A DNA stretch of 38,972 nt from Acutalibacteraceae bacterium (GTDB taxonomy: Bacteria > Bacillota > Clostridia > Oscillospirales > Acutalibacteraceae), in assembly GCA_045602685.1 (NCBI GenBank), contig JAZSCC010000106.1:1-38972 (forward strand), read 5' to 3'. The stretch's first letter is position 1. Every line of letters begins with the position of its first letter. The notes below the pieces were generated by a model. It saw only the letters and a program-made list of their open reading frames with translations. It made no database searches and was not told the origin of the DNA. Shown in pieces: positions 35,275-38,972 of this stretch. The position numbers were made by a program, and so were the translations under genes.

Positions 35275-36462
35275 TCAGTAATTTCCGCCCGAAAAATCCT
35301 TATCCACCGTAATAACACAGCAGTAGGTGGGGTTCATCTCAGCCGCAATACTTCTTACTTCGGCCTTAATTTCAGAATTGGTCATTGTACAGTCGGCAGG
35401 GACCAAAACATCAAAAATCAGATTGTTCTGCTTTTCACCCTTTACCATTCTGAAATCGTGAATGGTTGCTCCGTCATAGAGCTTTGAAACCCTTTCCGCC
35501 AATTCCGTTCGGGCATTGTTGACATCTTCATCGTCTGTCACAATAGGGTCCATATGAATAACAGCTTCAATGCCGGTGTTTTTCTTAATTTCCCTCTCGC
35601 ATGCATCTATTTTTTCATGACAGACCAAAATATCACAGTTTGCCGAAACCTCAACGTGTAAGGAAACGAAGCTTCTGCCCGGTCCGTAGTTGTGCACAAT
35701 CATATCGTGAAGCCCCAAAAATGATGGCTCAGATAATACTATACTTTTGATTTTGTCTACCGTCTCTTTCTCAGGGGCAAGCCCAACCAACGGGTCTATC
35801 GTCTCTTTTAAACTTACAAAACCGGAATAAAGTATAAATAATGCCACTAAAATACCAACTATTGGGTCAAAATACTTAACAATATCGACTGTAGGCATTG
35901 CTCTGCAAATAATCGCCACAGCCAAAACCGCACCGGTCGACACGCAGTCGTTTAAACTGTCTGCCGCAGTGGCTTTCAAGGCGCTTGAAGAAATTGTTTT
36001 TCCTACTTTTCGGTTAAATATGGCCATCCAAAACTTAACCAAAATTGATACAGTAAGAATTATAATCGGCAAGATGCCCGCGTCAGGCACTGTGGGATTG
36101 CCGACTTTTGATGCCGACTCTATTAACAGTTCTAAACCGACCAGCATTATCAAAACCGACACCAACGCCGCTGACATATATTCCATTCGACCGTGACCAA
36201 ACGGATGCTCAGGGTCTGCAGGCTTAGAGGCGATTTTAAAGCCTAACATCGTAACCACACTTGAACCCATATCCGAACAGTTGTTGAACGCGTCAGCAAC
36301 CATTGAAACCGAGCCGGAAAGTGTACCCGCCAAAAACTTAATGATAAAAAGCACCAGATTACAGATGATTCCGACGACACCTGCTAATGTTCCGCACTTG
36401 GCACGGTTTTTCTCATCAGCCGGATTTCCTTTTATAAAAATTTTCAGTAAAAAACTTGTCAT
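35275..36462 (-). CDS. Cation diffusion facilitator family transporter (N-D/D-D site; Mn2+-exporter-like)
   Basis: 395 aa. Six TM helices are followed by a cytoplasmic C-terminal domain. TM2 has ADAFNNCSD (NxxxD) and TM5 has AADSLNDC (DxxxD). The start overlaps the ddl stop (ATGA at 36459-36462). Confidence 0.85.
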   Translation of the reverse strand: MTSFLLKIFIKGNPADEKNRAKCGTLAGVVGIICNLVLFIIKFLAGTLSGSVSMVADAFNNCSDMGSSVVTMLGFKIASKPADPEHPFGHGRMEYMSAALVSVLIMLVGLELLIESASKVGNPTVPDAGILPIIILTVSILVKFWMAIFNRKVGKTISSSALKATAADSLNDCVSTGAVLAVAIICRAMPTVDIVKYFDPIVGILVALFILYSGFVSLKETIDPLVGLAPEKETVDKIKSIVLSEPSFLGLHDMIVHNYGPGRSFVSLHVEVSANCDILVCHEKIDACEREIKKNTGIEAVIHMDPIVTDDEDVNNARTELAERVSKLYDGATIHDFRMVKGEKQNNLIFDVLVPADCTMTNSEIKAEVRSIAAEMNPTYCCVITVDKDFSGGNY

Positions 36463-37646
36463 AGCTTACCCTTTGAGCCTTTTGCACCAAAGCTCGACTC
36501 ATTTAAAATATTCGTATCAATAGTGAACATTGTGTTTTCACGCTCGCGCTGACGTTTAAAGGCAAGTGAAATTAAGCGGTCAATAAGGACCGGATACTCC
36601 AAGTCCGTAGCCTCCCACAAATAGAACGAGAGCGAGCCGGGAATTGTGTTAATTTCATTTACGTAAACCTTATCATTATCTGCAGAATCTAAAAGAAAAT
36701 CAATACGCACAACGCCCGATGCTCCGATTGCTTTAAAGGTTTCAACCGCAATATCCTGAATTTCCTTTGTCTTTTCAGAGGTTAAATCGGCAGGCAATTT
36801 ACGGCTTAAAGAAGCCATACCTTTTGAGCCGGATTTAGATGCATTTGCTCTGTATTTATCATCATAAGACAAAATTTTATCGTGCATAACGGGTTCTTCC
36901 AACGCCGACGGCTTACAGTCGTTGCGGTCGCCCAAGACAGAACAGTTAATTTCGCGAAGCGAGGTAACGGCGTGCTCAATAAGTACCCTGTCGGCAAAAG
37001 AGCAAGCCAAATCAACAGCCGAACGCAGTTCAGCCTCATCCTCAACCTTTGAAATGCCTACGCTTGAACCCAAGTTTGCCGGCTTTACAATCATCGGATA
37101 ACCGATTTCAGTTGTTACCTTTGAAACAATATCATCTGCACAAAGTGCCCACTGTCTTGCACCGAAATCTACACAGCGCAGAGTAGGAATTCCGCGGTCC
37201 AAAAGAACGTTTTTAAATAAAACCTTATCCATACCCAAGGCAGAAGACATAACGTCACAACCGACATACGGCAAGCCTAAGGTTTCTAAATAACCTTGAA
37301 TTGAACCGTCCTCACAGTTTGTGCCGTGAACAATCGGGAATGCAACGTCAATCCCGACCGGCTTTTTCTTGTTAAAAAGGCCGTTATTGAGATACATCAT
37401 TGATACCTTGTCGTCTTGAGGAACAAAGGTAACGGGGTCGGCTTTTGTTTCCGGTTTTCCCGACTTAAAGGTTTCGATATCGGTCAACGCCTCACTTGAA
37501 TAAAACACCGATTGCTTACTCATATAAACGGGGATTACGTTATACTTCTCGCGGTCAATATTACCCATTGCCTGTACGGCCGAAATGATTGAAATTTCAT
37601 GCTCGACACTGCGTCCGCCGAAAATAACAGCTACGTTGATTTTCAT
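36459..37646 (-). CDS. ddl: D-alanine--D-alanine ligase
   Basis: The N-terminus MKINVAVIFGGRSVEHEISIISA is followed by an ATP-grasp core (YPMIVKPANLGSSVGISKV, VNEINTIPGSLS). Tyr is retained in the DDKY omega-loop region, consistent with a D-Ala-D-Ala product. A Ser/Lys-rich insertion follows it. Confidence 0.9.
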   Translation of the reverse strand: MKINVAVIFGGRSVEHEISIISAVQAMGNIDREKYNVIPVYMSKQSVFYSSEALTDIETFKSGKPETKADPVTFVPQDDKVSMMYLNNGLFNKKKPVGIDVAFPIVHGTNCEDGSIQGYLETLGLPYVGCDVMSSALGMDKVLFKNVLLDRGIPTLRCVDFGARQWALCADDIVSKVTTEIGYPMIVKPANLGSSVGISKVEDEAELRSAVDLACSFADRVLIEHAVTSLREINCSVLGDRNDCKPSALEEPVMHDKILSYDDKYRANASKSGSKGMASLSRKLPADLTSEKTKEIQDIAVETFKAIGASGVVRIDFLLDSADNDKVYVNEINTIPGSLSFYLWEATDLEYPVLIDRLISLAFKRQRERENTMFTIDTNILNESSFGAKGSKGKL

Positions 37647-37666
37647 TAAATGCCCTCTTTTCTGTT

Positions 37667-38972
37667 TTATTCTAAATAGTTATCGGGTAGGTCGTTTTCA
37701 AAAAGGATAACGGTGTCAGAGTCCAACATAGGACTGAACAATCCCAAAGCCTCTTTAAAACTTGAAACGACATGCAAATTATCTTCATTAAAGTTTTGAC
37801 TTTTTATACCTTCAACTAACGGTTTAGAGCGTTTTTTGCCAACCAAAATAATAATATCGGCATACTTTGCGGCCTCTTGACCCAAACGGCAGTTAGCCTC
37901 ATACTCTTTTTCTCCCAACTCAACCAGGCCGGGTGTAACCATGATTTTTTTCATTTTGTCAAAGCAACCCAAAACACGAGCAGCTTCCAAGCAGCCCTCG
38001 GGGTTGGAGTTATACGCATCATCAATAAGTGTTGAGCCGTTGATGTAACTCTTTAACTCTAATCTATGCTCGGCAGGCTTCAATTTTGATACCGCAAACT
38101 CAATTTCTTCCGGCGTCAGCCCCAAATCAAGTGCAACACCAACCGCTGCGGCAATATTTAAAGCATTATGATATCCCAACAAGCGTGAGGTGACCTTCAC
38201 TTCATTGCCTTTATAATTAACGGTAACCGTCAAGCCTTTCGGTGAATAGGCAATGTCGGTCGCCTTACAATCACAGTCCGTCGTGCCGTAAGTAACCGAA
38301 GTATACTCCCCTGCCTTTGCCTTGATATGTTCATTATCACCGTTAACGTACATCTTGCCGTTTTTGTTTTTTACCCAATCAGCAAGTTCAAACTTAGTAG
38401 ATACAACCGTTTCGATATTTCCAAAGGTGTCAAGGTGTTGAGGACCGATTGAGGTAATTACACCTAAATCAGGATTGGCAATCCGGCAATCCTCTTTAAT
38501 ATCACCTTTTCGTTTAGCACCCATTTCGCAAACAAAAACCTCGGTCTGCGGTTTCAAATCACGCCGAACGGTAATTACAATACCCATCGGTGTGTTGTAA
38601 TTTTCGGGAGTGACTAAAGTGTTGTACCTCTCACTTAAAATGCGACCTAAAATAAACTTAGTACTGGTTTTGCCGTAACTTCCGGTAACACCGATTACGG
38701 TCATATTCTTATGGTTTTTTAAAATCTTCTTGGCATCGTTAACGTAGTAGTTGGAAATGCACTTTTCAATCGGTTTCATTATAAAAAGTGACAGTATAGC
38801 GGTAATTTCAGGCAATGCACACATTATAAAAAGCACCGCCAACAAAACTTCACCCGCAACACCGCCGACAATCACCGACAATGCGGCAATTAAACACAAA
38901 ATCACACCGCCGGCAACCCACATACGTCGAACTCTGGCGGTAACAACCAATTTTTTGATTGATTTTTTGTTG
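37667..38972 (-). CDS. murF: Mur ligase, MurF-like (UDP-MurNAc-tripeptide--D-Ala-D-Ala ligase). The 5' end probably lies outside the window.
   Basis: P-loop VIGVTGSYGKTSTKF, then ENYNTPMG, ITSIGPQHLDTFG and the C-terminal domain DDAYNSNPEG. The reading frame stays open upstream of the tracked TTG at 38950 to the window edge. The gene lies immediately upstream of ddl. Confidence 0.8.
   Translation of the reverse strand, partial: NKKSIKKLVVTARVRRMWVAGGVILCLIAALSVIVGGVAGEVLLAVLFIMCALPEITAILSLFIMKPIEKCISNYYVNDAKKILKNHKNMTVIGVTGSYGKTSTKFILGRILSERYNTLVTPENYNTPMGIVITVRRDLKPQTEVFVCEMGAKRKGDIKEDCRIANPDLGVITSIGPQHLDTFGNIETVVSTKFELADWVKNKNGKMYVNGDNEHIKAKAGEYTSVTYGTTDCDCKATDIAYSPKGLTVTVNYKGNEVKVTSRLLGYHNALNIAAAVGVALDLGLTPEEIEFAVSKLKPAEHRLELKSYINGSTLIDDAYNSNPEGCLEAARVLGCFDKMKKIMVTPGLVELGEKEYEANCRLGQEAAKYADIIILVGKKRSKPLVEGIKSQNFNEDNLHVVSSFKEALGLFSPMLDSDTVILFENDLPDNYLE

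Noticed and set aside
36459-37646. The possibility that the ligase is a Van-type D-Ala-D-Lac or D-Ala-D-Ser ligase
   Set aside because: The omega-loop region retains the Tyr (DDKY) characteristic of D-Ala-D-Ala ligases. No vanH/vanX/vanRS-type genes are adjacent, and the context is murF-ddl.
1-38972. Mobile-element boundaries around the glycan locus
   Set aside because: No transposase, integrase or recombinase ORFs are visible, and no terminal inverted repeats or flanking direct repeats. The only hint of horizontal origin is compositional.

Overview
This 39 kb window looks like a low-GC, endospore-forming Firmicute, probably Clostridia-like. That assignment rests on SpoIIE, a T-box leader, a PrsA-like lipoprotein and AAGGAG-type ribosome-binding sites, and it is inference only. 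The window has two parts. (1) Positions 1-18.8 kb hold one long minus-strand cell-surface glycan operon of 19 tightly packed genes, many with overlapping stop and start codons. It runs from a promoter near 18.76-18.78 kb off the left edge of the window. It encodes a PglC-type initiating phosphoglycosyl transferase, SDR epimerases/dehydratases, five or six glycosyltransferases and a Wzx-type flippase. It also has a legionaminic-acid-type nonulosonic acid module: dehydratase, aminotransferase, CBS-nucleotidyltransferase, hexapeptide acetyltransferase, NeuB-like synthase and NeuC-like hydrolysing epimerase. Embedded in the operon is an unusual four-gene block: a B12-binding radical SAM enzyme, a GT-B glycosyltransferase, a thymidylate-kinase-like P-loop protein and a cytoplasmic nucleotide pyrophosphatase/alkaline-phosphatase-family enzyme. 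(2) Positions 18.9-39 kb are housekeeping genes: T-box-controlled thrS, a membrane protein of unknown function, pth, mfd, a PrsA-like lipoprotein, an inactive/active M16 peptidase pair, lgt, folD, an unknown anchored protein, spoIIE, a CDF transporter, ddl and a 5'-partial murF. I saw no rRNA, tRNA, CRISPR array, transposase or integrase. The best candidate for something undescribed is the radical-SAM/GT/kinase-like/NPP-like block, followed by the KpsS-like putative nonulosonate transferase. All calls come from reading the ORF translations and the DNA by eye. No database searches or computations were run.
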